NCBI GenBank assembly: GCA_031411095.1 | Contig: JANOAK010000012.1 | Coordinates: forward strand, 13,288 to 77,287 | DNA from: Flavobacteriales bacterium | Lineage (GTDB): Bacteria > Bacteroidota > Bacteroidia > Flavobacteriales_F > PHOS-HE28 | Reading direction: 5' to 3' | DNA: 64,000 nucleotides | Part shown: piece by piece, positions 19,001 to 29,409 of the stretch | How positions within the stretch are numbered: position 1 is the stretch's first letter | Layout of the letters: each line of letters opens with the position of its first letter | The notes under the pieces: generated by a model | Databases searched by the model: none | Seen by the model: only the letters and a program-made list of their open reading frames with translations | Told to the model about the DNA's origin: nothing | Position numbers and translations under genes: made by a program

Positions 19001-22000
19001 GGCATGGGTGTCGGCCAAAACGTGTTCCAGTGGACGATCACGAACGGCGCTTGCGGCAACAGCAATGATCAAGTGAGCGTGTTCGTGTACAACGTGAACA
19101 ACCCCACCGCCAACGCAGGTCCCGACCAGAACTTCTGCACACCTGTGGGTACCGTCACCCTCACGGGAAGCAACCTCATCTTCCCGGCAACCGGAGCGTG
19201 GACACGCACCAGCGGCACGGGCACCATCACGTCGCCCACCACCTCCAGCACAACGATCACAGGCCTCTCGCCTGGGCCTAATGTGTTCCGCTGGACGGTG
19301 AACAACGGGCCGTGTGGTGCGGTCACCTTCGATGAAGTGACGATCAACATCTTCGATAGCAACAATCCGGCGGCAGCGGCAGGCCCCGACCAACAGATCT
19401 GCTCAACCACCACGTCCATCGCCATGGCTGCCAGCCCTGCAGGGGGACTTGCCATCGGCAGCTGGACGCTCCTCAGCGGTGGCGGCACGATCACCGCACC
19501 CAACTCCCCCTTTACCACGGTCACCGGTCTTCCTGTCGGGGAGAACGTGTTCCGTTGGACGGTAAGCAATGGACCTTGTGGTACCACAGTTGATCAGGTG
19601 AGCATCTTCGTGTTCAGCGCCAGCAATGCGAGCGCCAATGCGGGTCCCGATCAAAGTCAATGCACGCCCTTCACCACCGCCACCATGGCGGGCAATGTGC
19701 CCACCTTCCCAGCAACAGGCACATGGACATTGGTGAGCGGCACGGGCACGATCACCACACCGGGATCGCCCACCACCTCCGTGACCAACTTGGGCATAGG
19801 CAACAATGTGCTTCAGTGGACCGTGAGCAATGGACCCTGTGGTCCGGCGACCGCGGATCAAGTGACGATCACCATCTATGACCTGAATGCCCAACCGGCG
19901 AACGCTGGACCCGATCAGAGCGTCTGCTTCGCCAGTCCGATCGCGAACCTGTCGGGCAACGTCCCTCTCGGAAGTGCCACCGGCAACTGGAGCGTGATCA
20001 GCGGTACCGGAACGATCACCTCGCCGAACTCCCCGAACACGACCATTACCGGATTGGGAGTTGGAACGGTGGTGGTACAATGGTCCATCAATAACGGTTC
20101 CTGCGGAACGTCCACTGATCAGATGACGATCAGTGTGTTCGATAACAGCAACCCCGTCGCCAATGCAGGTGCGGACCAGTCGTTGTGCACGCCGCTTTCC
20201 TCCACCGACCTTACGGGCAGTGCGATGATCTTCCCCGCAGTGGGCACGTGGACCGTGATCCAGGGGTCGGGCCAATTCACGAACGCAAATGAGCCGGGTA
20301 GCGAAGTCACAGGTCTGAGCGTTGGGCAGAACATCTTCCAATGGACCGTGAACAACGGCCCCTGTGCCAATGGCATCACCACCGACCAGGTCAGCATTTA
20401 TCTGTTCGACGCGAATACGGCGGCCGCGAATGCAGGTCCCGACCAGGAGCTCTGCCGTCCGAACCTCAGCACCACCATGGCGGGCAGCCCACTGATCATC
20501 CCCGCAACGGGCACCTGGACCTTGGTGAGCGGTGCAGGCACCATCATTACGCCGAACTCGCCCACCACGGCGATCACGGAACTCGTGGTCGGTGACAATG
20601 TGTTCCGTTGGACGGTGAACAACGGTCCCTGTGGACCCGTCACCTTCGATGACGTTCTAATCCGTGTATACGATGACCGCCAGGATGCTGCAACGGCCGG
20701 ACCGGACCAGAGCATCTGCGTACCCACCTTCCCCAACACGGTCGTGCTCAATGGTATGCCGCCGATCTATCCGGCCGTTGGAACATGGACCCTCGTAAGC
20801 GGTACGGGTGTGATCACATCGCCGAACGCTTACAACACCACGGTCACCGGATTGGATGTGGGCACGAACATCTTCCAATGGACCATCGACAACGGGCCAT
20901 GCGCCAACCCGGTCACGAGCGACCAGGTGAGCATCCTCGTGTTCGACGCGGCCGCGCCGGTGGCGGACGCAGGACCGGACCAGGGGTTGTGCACCCCGAT
21001 CGTGAACACCGTCATGGCCGGCAGCGCCCTCGTGGGACCACAGACTGGCGCCTGGACATTGGTGTCCGGAAGTGGCACTATCGTGAACCCGGCGAACCCA
21101 CAGACCGAGATCACAGGACTGGGCTTGGGCAGCAATGTGTTCCAATGGACCGTGAGCAACGGACCATGTCTGCCGGGTATCACCACGGACCAGGTCAGCA
21201 TCAACGTCTTCAACGGAGCCGGTCAGCCCGCCTTCGCCGGACTTGATCAGGACATCTGCAGTGATGCAGGAGGAACAACGGTCATCGGCAATCCCCCGAC
21301 CGGGCTGGCCACGGGGCTCTGGACCGTGCAACAGGGGACGGCCGTGTTCACCGACCCCACCCAATTCACCACCACCGTCACCGGCCTGAGCATCGGTGTG
21401 AACGTTCTGGTGTGGAGCATCGACAATGGAGCATGTGGTGTTAGCAGCGATGTGGTGAGCATCAATGTGTACGATGCTGACCAGGCACCTGCCGACGCGG
21501 GTCCGGACCAGTCGATCTGCGATGTGGGAACGGGAGTACAGACGAACATGAACGGCAGCAATGTCATCTTCCCGGGCCAGGGTTCGTGGACCGTTGTGAG
21601 CGGAACGGCGAACATCGACAACCCGAACGATCCGAATACTCTGGTGTTCGGGCTTCAGGTCGGGGTCACCGTGCTTGAATGGACCGTTGAGAACGGACCT
21701 TGCATCCCCAACACGACCAGCGATCAGGTCTCGATCCTGGTGTTCGACAGCAATGACAGCCCTGCATCCGCAGGCACTGACCAGGAATTCTGCACACCCA
21801 CCGCCACCACGGCGCTCTTGGGCAGTGCCGTGAATTTCCCGGCCACCGGTCTCTGGACCGTGGTGCAGGGTACGGGTGTCTTCGCTGATGCGACCATCCC
21901 GAACACCACAGTGAGCGGGCTGAGCGTGGGTGAGAACATCTTCCAATGGACCGTGAACGTCGGCCCTTGCGCCAATCCCATTACGAGCGACCAAGTGAGC

Positions 22001-25000
22001 GTGTTCATCTTCGATGCGAACAACCCCGTGGCCAACGCAGGGCTCGATCAGCAACTGTGCACGCCCACCACCCTCACGATCCTGGCAGGCAGCAACCTCA
22101 TCTTCCCGGCCACAGGTCAGTGGACCGTGGTGAGCGGCCCGGGTGTGATCGCGAACCCGTCCGACCCCAACACAGTGGTGTCCAACCTCGGTGTGGGCAA
22201 CAACATCTTCGCATGGACCGTGAGCAATGGCCCCTGCGCCAATAGCACCACCACCGACGAGGTCAACATCATCCTCTTCGATTCGAACAATCCCAATGCG
22301 GGTGCAGGTCCAGACCAGGACCTGTGCGGTGTAACGAGCTCTGCCACCATGGCCGCAAGCGCACCGGTGCCTCCGGCTACGGGAACCTGGACCGTCGCTG
22401 CCGGAACCGGGACCTTTGCTTCCGCGAACGACCCACAGAGTGTGGTCACCGGCATGTCGCTGGGCCAGAACCTCTTCGTATGGACCGTAAGCAATGGTGC
22501 ATGCGCGAGCGGACTGACCACGGACACGGTGGCCGTGAACATCTATGATGATGCCGCACCCGATGCCAATGCCGGAAGCGATCTTTCCGTATGCGGCATC
22601 ACCTCGTCAGTGCCCATGGGGGCCAATGCGCCCACAGGTGTAAGCCAGGGCTTCTGGACCGTGCTGAGCGGTAGCGCTACGTTGAGCGACCCCTTCGACC
22701 CTCTGGCCATCGCAAGCAATTTCGCCGTGGGCGAGGTGGTGCTGCAATGGACCATTGACAATGGCCCTTGTGGAAGCACCACGGATGTCATGAGCATCTT
22801 CGTGTACGACGACCAACAGCTCGTTGCCAACGCAGGATCCGACCAGAGCATCTGCCTCCCACAGAGCAGCACTGCGCTCAATGCAAGCGCCTACACCGGC
22901 CCCTCCACCGCTTCGTGGACCTTGGTGAGCGGACAGGGTACCATCCAGGATCCGACGCAGCCCAACAGCACCGTCACGGACCTCGCCGTTGGAGAGAACG
23001 TATTCCAATGGAGCGTGGATAATGGAGCGTGCTCCGGCACCACCACGGACCTCGTGAGCATCATCGTGTATGACAATCAGGCGGCCGATGCGAATGCCGG
23101 CCCGGACCAGGAGCTTTGCACACCTGCATCAAGCACCACGCTCGCCGGTAATGCGCCGGTGGGTGCATCCGTGGGAACATGGACGATACTTTCGGGCAAC
23201 GGTGTACTCGCCGATGCGAACGACCCGAGCACCACCATCTCGGGGCTGACGGTGGGCGAAGTGGTCTGTGTCTGGACCCTCGACAACGGGCCATGTGGCA
23301 CGAGTTCCGACCAAGTGAGCATCTTCCTGTTCGACGAGAACAACCCCGTTGCGGATGCCGGACCGGACCAGGAGCTCTGCACACCCACCACTTCGACCAC
23401 CTTGGCTGGAAGCGCTATCACCTTCCCAGCACAGGGTACCTGGAGCGTGGTCCAGGGCACGGGCGTGTTCGCGGACATCAACGACCCCAACACCACGGTG
23501 GACAGCTTGTCCGTTGGCGAGAACATCTTCCAATGGTCCGTGGATAATGGTCCATGTGGCATCGGTACCACCGTCGATCAGGTGAGTGTCACGTTGTTCG
23601 ATGCCTCCAGTTCACCGGCCTCCGCAGGTCCCGACCAGGAACTCTGCTCTCCTCTGAGCACAACATCACTTGCAGGGAACACTATCATTCCTCCGGCCGT
23701 GGGCGTGTGGAGCCTCATTGGCGGAACCGGTGTGATAGCCGATGTGAACGACCCGAACACCGGCGTGAGCGCGTTGGCCGTTGGCGAGAACATCTTCCTG
23801 TGGACCGTTGCCAATGGACCCTGCACAGCGGGTCTGACCAATGATACAGTGCGCGTGCTTGTGTTCGATGAGAACAACGCGGTAGCCGATGCGGGTCCGG
23901 ACCAGGAGATATGCACCCCGGACAGCGATGCTGTGATGGCCGGTAGCGTGGTCACCTTCCCTGCGCTGGGAACATGGACGGTGGTGCAAGGCACCGGTGT
24001 GTTCGCTGATGTGAACGACCCCAACAGCACGGTGAGCGGCCTCACCGTAGGGGGGAACATCTTCCAGTGGAGCGTGAGCAATGGCGCATGCACCAATCCG
24101 CTCACGACCGATGTGGTCAGCATCTTCGTCTTTGATGAGACCAACCCTGTTGCCGATGCCGGTGTCGATCAAGAGCTCTGCCTGCCGAACGAAAGCACCA
24201 CACTCGCCGGCAGCAGTGTCATCTTCCCCGCTTCGGGCAGTTGGACGTTGGTGAGCGGCAACGGTATCGTCACAGATGCCACCAACTCATCGAGCACGGT
24301 GACCGGTCTGGGTATCGGCGAGAACCTGTTCGTATGGACCGTGAGCAACGGCCCATGTGCGAACGGCATCACAAGTGATACGGTCGCCATCTACCTTTTC
24401 GACATCAACAACCTTGGTGCGAACGCAGGTCCCGATCAGGAGCTCTGCACCCCCGCAAGCACCACGGACCTGGCAGGCTCGGCGGTCACCTTCCCGGCGG
24501 TGGGAACATGGACACTGGTCTCCGGCTCCGGTGTGATCGCGAATTCCAATGATCCCAACACGGGCATTACCGGACTGTTGATCGGGGAGAACATCTTCGA
24601 ATGGTCCGTGCAGAACGGTCCTTGTGGCGCACCCACGACGGACCTGGTGAGCGTCTTCGTCTTCGACGAGAACAATCCCGCAGCTGATGCCGGCCCCGAT
24701 CAGGAACTCTGTACGCCAGAGAGCACCACGTCGCTGGCCGGAAGCGCGATCACCTTCCCTGCCATCGGTACCTGGTCGGTTGTTTCGGGCACCGGCTCGG
24801 TGGTGAACGTGAACGATCCGAACAGTGCGGTCACCGACCTCACCATCGGCGAGAGCATCCTCGTATGGACGGTGCAGAACGGCCCATGTGTCAATGGCCT
24901 CACTACGGACACGGTGAGCATCCAACTGTTCGATGCAGCCAACCCTGTCGCGGCAGCTGGCCCCGACCAGGAGCTCTGCACCCCAACGACCACAGCACAA

Positions 25001-28000
25001 CTGACCGGCAGCGCCGTGACCTTCCCTGCAACAGGTACATGGACCCTGTTGCAAGGCGCGGGGACCTTCGCCGATGCCTATGATCCGAACACCACGATCA
25101 GCGACCTGCAGGTGGGCGCAACGGTGATCCGGTGGACGGTGAGCAATGGGCCATGCGAAAGCGGCGTGAGCACGGATGATCTGACGATCCTCCTGTACGA
25201 TGAGAACAACCCCACGGCGGATGCCGGGGCGGATCAGGAACTGTGCTCCACGTCCCCGAACACCAACCTGGCCGGCAGCGCGGTCACCTTCCCCGCAACA
25301 GGCGAATGGTCGCTGGTCACGGGAGCGGGGACCATCGCCGACGTGAACGACCCCAATACGGCCGTGTCGGATCTGGCCGTGGGTGAGAACATCTTCCTCT
25401 GGAGCGTCAGCAATGGTCCATGCAGCAGTGGAGTCACCACGGACCTCGTTAGCATCTTCGTGTTCGACGAGAACACGCCGGTGGCCAACGCGGGCGCCGA
25501 CCAGCAGGTATGCACTCCGATCACCAGTGCAACACTGGCCGGCAGCGCCGTGGCCTTCCCGTCATCGGGCCTCTGGACCATCGTGAGCGGTACGGCCACC
25601 ATCACCGACGCCACCGATCCCAACACAACGGTCACGGACATCGGCATCGGTGTTCTGCTCCTTGAATGGGCCGTGAGCAATGGACCGTGTACCAACGGCG
25701 CCAGTGCGGACACCATGCAGATCGAACTCTTCGACCTGAATTCGCCACCTGCGGCGGCAGGTCCCGACCAGGAGTTCTGCACCCCTGCGAGCACGGCGGT
25801 CATGGGTGCCAACGACGCCACAGCGCCGGGCTTCGGTGTGTGGACCGTGGCACAGGGCAGCGCGACCTTCGCTGATGCATCAAGTCCCACCACGGACGTA
25901 AGCGACCTGGTGGTTGGGGAGAACATCCTCGTATGGACCTTGGAGAACGGCGTATGCGGCATCAGCCATGACTCGGTGAGCGTGTTCATCTTCGACGAGA
26001 ACAACCCACCCGCCAACGCCGGTCCCGATGTGGAGATCTGCGTACCGCAGGATAGCCTCTATCTGTCCGGAAACACGCCGACCTTCCCTGCAACGGGTAC
26101 CTGGTCGATCATTGAGGGCGCAGGCTTGTTCGAGGACGTGAACAGCCCGACCTCGAAAGTGGTAGGCCTCGCCATCGGCGCGAACACCTTCGTTTGGACG
26201 GTGGATAACGGCCCATGCGTAGATCCCATCACCACGGATACCATGACGGTGATCCTCTACAGCGACAGCACAGAGGCTGCGGATGCTGGACCGGATGTTG
26301 AAACATGTCTGCCGCTGACCTTCGCTCAACTGCAGGCAACAGCGCCATTGCCGCCGGGCTCCGGATCCTGGACCTTGATCGGCGGCACTGGTACTATTGC
26401 CGACCCCACGAACCCGACCACCCTGGTCACCGATCTCGCCGTGGGGATCAGCACCTTGGTATGGACGCTTGATCTGGGCCCATGCCCGAACAGTGGCCTC
26501 CTGAGCGACACCGTGCAGATCTACATCTACGACCCCACCGCTCCTCCGGCCGATGCGGGCCCGGATCAGGAGCTGTGCACACCCAACACCGCCACCACGT
26601 TGCAGGCAGCGGTACCGAGCTTCCCCGGCGAGGGAACGTGGACCCTCATCAATGGCACAGGTGACATCAGCGACGTGAACGACCCGTCGGCATCGGCCTC
26701 AGGCTTGAGCATTGGACTCAACAGCTTCGTATGGACGGTGTACAACGGCCAGTGCGGCCAAGGACCTCCCACGGCCGACACGGTGGTGGTCGCCGTATAT
26801 GATGCCTCCGCACCGTTGGCCGAGGCCGGCCCCGATCAGCAACTGTGCACGCCGAACATCATCACCACGATCTCCGCCAACAATGCCACACCACCCGGTG
26901 TGGGCACTTGGACCGTGGCGCAGGGAAGCGTGGTCTTCGCTGATGCCAACGACCCGAACACGGGCGTGAGCAACATCGCCGTGGGGGTCAATGTCCTTAT
27001 ATGGACCATCTACAATGGCCCCTGCGGAACGTCCAGCGACACCCTGGTCATCGAACTGTATGATGGTAGCGCAGCACCGGCGAGCGCTGGGGACGATGTC
27101 GCCATCTGCATACCCACTCAGCCAAACTCCGTGAACCTGGTTGCCAATGCTCCGGTGGTACCGGGCACGGGCAGCTGGACCGTGATCAGCGGAGCTGGTG
27201 TGCTCACCGATGCCAGCGATCCCAACACGGAGGTCACAGGCCTTGAGGTAGGGGTCAGCGTATTCGAATGGACCATCGATAACGGTCCTTGCGGTACGAC
27301 CACCGACCAGGTAACGATCACGGTGTATGATGCGGCCTCGCCGAACGCCAATGCAGGAGCCGATCAGCAATTGTGTGCACCGGAGAACAGCGCAGCTCTG
27401 ACGGGTAATGCGCCCGTCTCACCGGCCACGGGAGTGTGGACGGTCCTGAGCGGCAGTGGAACGATCGGCGATCCTGCTGCGCCGAGCACCACGATCAACG
27501 GCCTCACGCCGGGTGTCACTGTCCTGGTCTGGACGCTGAACAACGGGCCATGTGCCAATGGGATCACCACGGATACGGTGCAGGTGACCGTGTTCGATGG
27601 AACGGCCGGGAACGCCGATGCAGGGGAGGACCAGACCCTTTGCGAGGGCGGACCCTCCGATGTGGTCATGAGCGCATCCTCCGTGGTGCCGCCGGCCCTC
27701 GGCGTGTGGTCGCTCGTCAGTGGCAATGCGACCATTGTCGATCCATCGTCGCCTGTGACACCGATCACGGGACTGGGCTTTGGTGAGAACGTCTTCCTGT
27801 GGACCGTGAACAACGGCGACTGCGGCAGCAGCACGGACGAGGTCATCATCTCCGTCTTCGATGCCTCCGAACCAAATGCCAATGCGGGACCCGACCAGAC
27901 CTTCTGCCAGGATACTACGGAGACCTATATGGCAGCGGTGGAGTTGGTTACCCAGACCGCGACCGGCCTCTGGTCACGCTTGGATGGAACGGGTAACATC

Positions 28001-28411
28001 ATCACCCCCAATGATCCGCTTACGCAGGTCACGGAACTGGAAGTGGGTACCAACGTGTTCCTCTGGACGGTGAACAATGGACCATGCGGCACCACCAGTG
28101 ACAGCGTGTTGATCGTGGTGAACGATTGCACGGAGCTCATCGTGCCGGATGCATTCAGCCCGAACGGCGACGGCGTGAACGACACGTATGTGATCGAGGG
28201 ATTGGAGTACTATCCGAAGAACTCCATCCTCATCTATAACCGCTGGGGCACGCTGGTCTACGAGAGCAGTCCGTACCGCAACAATTGGGATGGTCGCAGT
28301 CAGGCCGACCTCAATTGGGGCGAGGAACTGCCCGAGGCCACCTACTACTACATACTGGACCTCGGCAATGGCGATGAGGCCTTGACCGGATTCATCTATC
28401 TGAAACGCTAA
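16049..28411 (+). CDS. Giant T9SS type B CTD (gliding motility-associated C-terminal domain) adhesin, ~4120 aa
   Basis: Signal peptide ending ALA-THAMGG, Cys-rich head, about 41 Ig/PKD-like repeats, and C-terminal VPDAFSPNGDGVND..IYNRWG..WDG..TYYYIL..GFIYLKR. Exact start uncertain (15944, 16049 or 16127). Confidence 0.92.
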   Translation: MASTVRAFRNLVLPTRSFVRNLAIAAMALLLGRQDALATHAMGGELTYACLGGNQYKVTLKFYRDCNGVAAPTNCNNGLSFNVSSPNCGANFNQCFVLESVQVITPICPTEIDRCSSTNGVYGVEEYTFSKVVNLSAYAGCTTGSDWVISWTLCCRNNAITSLQSPGTQSLYLSTRLNTTVTPCNNSPVFNTDPTPYYCLGQSLSYNPGASDPDGDSLAFSIIQPRTTNNQPIAFAAGYTLSQPIRNNGGAGAVTLDPITGTLTCTPSIQQVAVVTYQVSEYRNGVLIGTITRDVQFVVRQCTGNTSPTATGFNGTNNYVTTVCSGTPVTLTINTSDPNAGQNTSIVWNNGIPGATFTTSGSPFQTGTFSWTPTVADIGQNLFGISVSDNSCPLVGNNQYGYTVIVTPPLTPANAGPDLQACGQVALQGVQPYVQTPGLWSVVSGSGTFANASNPTTLVTGLAPGNNVFAWSLDYSPCGTTTDQMTVVNFNAAQPAADAGPNQQLCTPSTTAQLAGNVAVAPAVGTWTLVSGTGTITNPNSPNSTVTGLTIGQNIFRWTISNGPCGSPTSDQVTLMLYDYALPAAGAGPDQVFCAPVASVTMNAQPSSGTWTVVTGTGVFANPNFRNTTVTGMSIGVNTYLWTVTNGPCTPPFTQDAVNVTVYDPNSPAANAGPDQQLCTSSTSLAGNAPIAPATGQWVLVSGSGTITTPTSPTSGVTGLGFGPNVFRWTLTNGPCANGLTSDQVTITRFNPAAPVANAGPDQSTCSTSPTVTMSANTPVAPSTGSWTLVSGAGTITSPNSPTTTVTGLGIGTVVLQWSINNGPCGAPSVDQVTISVFDQNAVTATAGPDQQLCTPANSTSLAGNTPTAPSTGAWGLISGAGTITTPGSPTSGVTGLGVGVNVFRWTINNGSCANPVSFDEVSIVVNNNGQAAANAGADQNSCSTTSSATLTANAAAAPAIGTWSLVSGSGTIATPGNATTTVSGMGVGQNVFQWTITNGACGNSNDQVSVFVYNVNNPTANAGPDQNFCTPVGTVTLTGSNLIFPATGAWTRTSGTGTITSPTTSSTTITGLSPGPNVFRWTVNNGPCGAVTFDEVTINIFDSNNPAAAAGPDQQICSTTTSIAMAASPAGGLAIGSWTLLSGGGTITAPNSPFTTVTGLPVGENVFRWTVSNGPCGTTVDQVSIFVFSASNASANAGPDQSQCTPFTTATMAGNVPTFPATGTWTLVSGTGTITTPGSPTTSVTNLGIGNNVLQWTVSNGPCGPATADQVTITIYDLNAQPANAGPDQSVCFASPIANLSGNVPLGSATGNWSVISGTGTITSPNSPNTTITGLGVGTVVVQWSINNGSCGTSTDQMTISVFDNSNPVANAGADQSLCTPLSSTDLTGSAMIFPAVGTWTVIQGSGQFTNANEPGSEVTGLSVGQNIFQWTVNNGPCANGITTDQVSIYLFDANTAAANAGPDQELCRPNLSTTMAGSPLIIPATGTWTLVSGAGTIITPNSPTTAITELVVGDNVFRWTVNNGPCGPVTFDDVLIRVYDDRQDAATAGPDQSICVPTFPNTVVLNGMPPIYPAVGTWTLVSGTGVITSPNAYNTTVTGLDVGTNIFQWTIDNGPCANPVTSDQVSILVFDAAAPVADAGPDQGLCTPIVNTVMAGSALVGPQTGAWTLVSGSGTIVNPANPQTEITGLGLGSNVFQWTVSNGPCLPGITTDQVSINVFNGAGQPAFAGLDQDICSDAGGTTVIGNPPTGLATGLWTVQQGTAVFTDPTQFTTTVTGLSIGVNVLVWSIDNGACGVSSDVVSINVYDADQAPADAGPDQSICDVGTGVQTNMNGSNVIFPGQGSWTVVSGTANIDNPNDPNTLVFGLQVGVTVLEWTVENGPCIPNTTSDQVSILVFDSNDSPASAGTDQEFCTPTATTALLGSAVNFPATGLWTVVQGTGVFADATIPNTTVSGLSVGENIFQWTVNVGPCANPITSDQVSVFIFDANNPVANAGLDQQLCTPTTLTILAGSNLIFPATGQWTVVSGPGVIANPSDPNTVVSNLGVGNNIFAWTVSNGPCANSTTTDEVNIILFDSNNPNAGAGPDQDLCGVTSSATMAASAPVPPATGTWTVAAGTGTFASANDPQSVVTGMSLGQNLFVWTVSNGACASGLTTDTVAVNIYDDAAPDANAGSDLSVCGITSSVPMGANAPTGVSQGFWTVLSGSATLSDPFDPLAIASNFAVGEVVLQWTIDNGPCGSTTDVMSIFVYDDQQLVANAGSDQSICLPQSSTALNASAYTGPSTASWTLVSGQGTIQDPTQPNSTVTDLAVGENVFQWSVDNGACSGTTTDLVSIIVYDNQAADANAGPDQELCTPASSTTLAGNAPVGASVGTWTILSGNGVLADANDPSTTISGLTVGEVVCVWTLDNGPCGTSSDQVSIFLFDENNPVADAGPDQELCTPTTSTTLAGSAITFPAQGTWSVVQGTGVFADINDPNTTVDSLSVGENIFQWSVDNGPCGIGTTVDQVSVTLFDASSSPASAGPDQELCSPLSTTSLAGNTIIPPAVGVWSLIGGTGVIADVNDPNTGVSALAVGENIFLWTVANGPCTAGLTNDTVRVLVFDENNAVADAGPDQEICTPDSDAVMAGSVVTFPALGTWTVVQGTGVFADVNDPNSTVSGLTVGGNIFQWSVSNGACTNPLTTDVVSIFVFDETNPVADAGVDQELCLPNESTTLAGSSVIFPASGSWTLVSGNGIVTDATNSSSTVTGLGIGENLFVWTVSNGPCANGITSDTVAIYLFDINNLGANAGPDQELCTPASTTDLAGSAVTFPAVGTWTLVSGSGVIANSNDPNTGITGLLIGENIFEWSVQNGPCGAPTTDLVSVFVFDENNPAADAGPDQELCTPESTTSLAGSAITFPAIGTWSVVSGTGSVVNVNDPNSAVTDLTIGESILVWTVQNGPCVNGLTTDTVSIQLFDAANPVAAAGPDQELCTPTTTAQLTGSAVTFPATGTWTLLQGAGTFADAYDPNTTISDLQVGATVIRWTVSNGPCESGVSTDDLTILLYDENNPTADAGADQELCSTSPNTNLAGSAVTFPATGEWSLVTGAGTIADVNDPNTAVSDLAVGENIFLWSVSNGPCSSGVTTDLVSIFVFDENTPVANAGADQQVCTPITSATLAGSAVAFPSSGLWTIVSGTATITDATDPNTTVTDIGIGVLLLEWAVSNGPCTNGASADTMQIELFDLNSPPAAAGPDQEFCTPASTAVMGANDATAPGFGVWTVAQGSATFADASSPTTDVSDLVVGENILVWTLENGVCGISHDSVSVFIFDENNPPANAGPDVEICVPQDSLYLSGNTPTFPATGTWSIIEGAGLFEDVNSPTSKVVGLAIGANTFVWTVDNGPCVDPITTDTMTVILYSDSTEAADAGPDVETCLPLTFAQLQATAPLPPGSGSWTLIGGTGTIADPTNPTTLVTDLAVGISTLVWTLDLGPCPNSGLLSDTVQIYIYDPTAPPADAGPDQELCTPNTATTLQAAVPSFPGEGTWTLINGTGDISDVNDPSASASGLSIGLNSFVWTVYNGQCGQGPPTADTVVVAVYDASAPLAEAGPDQQLCTPNIITTISANNATPPGVGTWTVAQGSVVFADANDPNTGVSNIAVGVNVLIWTIYNGPCGTSSDTLVIELYDGSAAPASAGDDVAICIPTQPNSVNLVANAPVVPGTGSWTVISGAGVLTDASDPNTEVTGLEVGVSVFEWTIDNGPCGTTTDQVTITVYDAASPNANAGADQQLCAPENSAALTGNAPVSPATGVWTVLSGSGTIGDPAAPSTTINGLTPGVTVLVWTLNNGPCANGITTDTVQVTVFDGTAGNADAGEDQTLCEGGPSDVVMSASSVVPPALGVWSLVSGNATIVDPSSPVTPITGLGFGENVFLWTVNNGDCGSSTDEVIISVFDASEPNANAGPDQTFCQDTTETYMAAVELVTQTATGLWSRLDGTGNIITPNDPLTQVTELEVGTNVFLWTVNNGPCGTTSDSVLIVVNDCTELIVPDAFSPNGDGVNDTYVIEGLEYYPKNSILIYNRWGTLVYESSPYRNNWDGRSQADLNWGEELPEATYYYILDLGNGDEALTGFIYLKR
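17282..28129 (+). repeat. Coding tandem array of about 41 diverged ~88-aa repeats
   Basis: I counted 41 AG(P/A/x)D(Q/x)xxC starts. Consensus ANAGPDQxLC..GTWTxVSGxG..PxxPxTxVTGLxxGxNxFxWTVxNGPC..DQVxI, with two Cys per unit. Confidence 0.85.
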
Positions 28412-28454
28412 GCATCCACGGGCCTGTTCCTCTTAGGACCCAAATAACGAACCG

Positions 28455-29405
28455 ATGAAACCGACCGCCAAGCGATGGAAAGGGATACTGCTCGGGCTTC
28501 TGCTCAGTGGCAGTGCGTTCGCGCAGCAGGATCCGCAGTTCTCGCAATACATGTTCAACCTGCTGGCCATCAATCCGGCTTATGCTGGCAGCGCGGAACG
28601 TGTAAGCCTGAAGGCCTTGAGCCGCCACCAGTGGGTGGGCTTCGAAGGTGCTCCTACAACGCAGACGCTCACAGCGCACAGCCCGTTCCTGATGGAAAGC
28701 CTCGGGTTGGGAGGGACCATCATGCGCGATGAGCATGGACCTGTTGTGCAGTACGGGTTCATGGTGGATGTGGCCTATCGCATGTTCCTGACACGGAACA
28801 CCAAGCTGTCGTTCGGCATCAAGGGTGGCATGAACCTGTTCCAGGGGAAGTTCGCTGACCTGAACCCCCTCCAGCAGGGTGATCAGGTGTTCCAGCAGAA
28901 CGTGCAGCAGAAGCTGGATCCACAATTCGGATTCGGTGTCATGTGGTATGGCGACCGTCACTATCTGGGTCTGAGCACACCGAAAATGTTGCGCACCAAG
29001 CTGTTCGAGGATCCAGCGCTCACCGATTCCATCATCGGCACGGTATGGCAGGCGGGGCAGCGGGCACACTGGTTCCTCACCGGCGGCTATGTCTTCAACA
29101 TGGGCATGTACAACAAGTTCAAGCCCAGCTTCCTGCTGAAAGCGGTGAACGGCGCTCCGATCAGCTTCGACCTCACCGCCAACTTCCTGTTCTATGAGAA
29201 GTTCTGGTTGGGGGCCATGTACCGTCATACTGACGCGGTGGGCCTCCTGGCGCAATACCACATCAGCAACGACCTGTCCGTCGGCTACGCCTACGATTAC
29301 CCGATCTCCAAGCTGAACAACTATACCGGCGGGTCGCATGAGTTCATGCTGGGCTTCGAGTTCGGCAACAAGTTGAAAGGCATTCGTTCACCGCGCTACT
29401 TCTGA
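28455..29405 (+). CDS. PorP/SprF family T9SS outer membrane beta-barrel
   Basis: QQDPQFSQYMFNLLAINPAYAG, RHQWVGFEGAPTTQ, WLGAMYR, GYAYDY, GSHEFMLG, C-terminal SPRYF. Confidence 0.95.
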   Translation: MKPTAKRWKGILLGLLLSGSAFAQQDPQFSQYMFNLLAINPAYAGSAERVSLKALSRHQWVGFEGAPTTQTLTAHSPFLMESLGLGGTIMRDEHGPVVQYGFMVDVAYRMFLTRNTKLSFGIKGGMNLFQGKFADLNPLQQGDQVFQQNVQQKLDPQFGFGVMWYGDRHYLGLSTPKMLRTKLFEDPALTDSIIGTVWQAGQRAHWFLTGGYVFNMGMYNKFKPSFLLKAVNGAPISFDLTANFLFYEKFWLGAMYRHTDAVGLLAQYHISNDLSVGYAYDYPISKLNNYTGGSHEFMLGFEFGNKLKGIRSPRYF

Positions 29406-29409
29406 TCAC

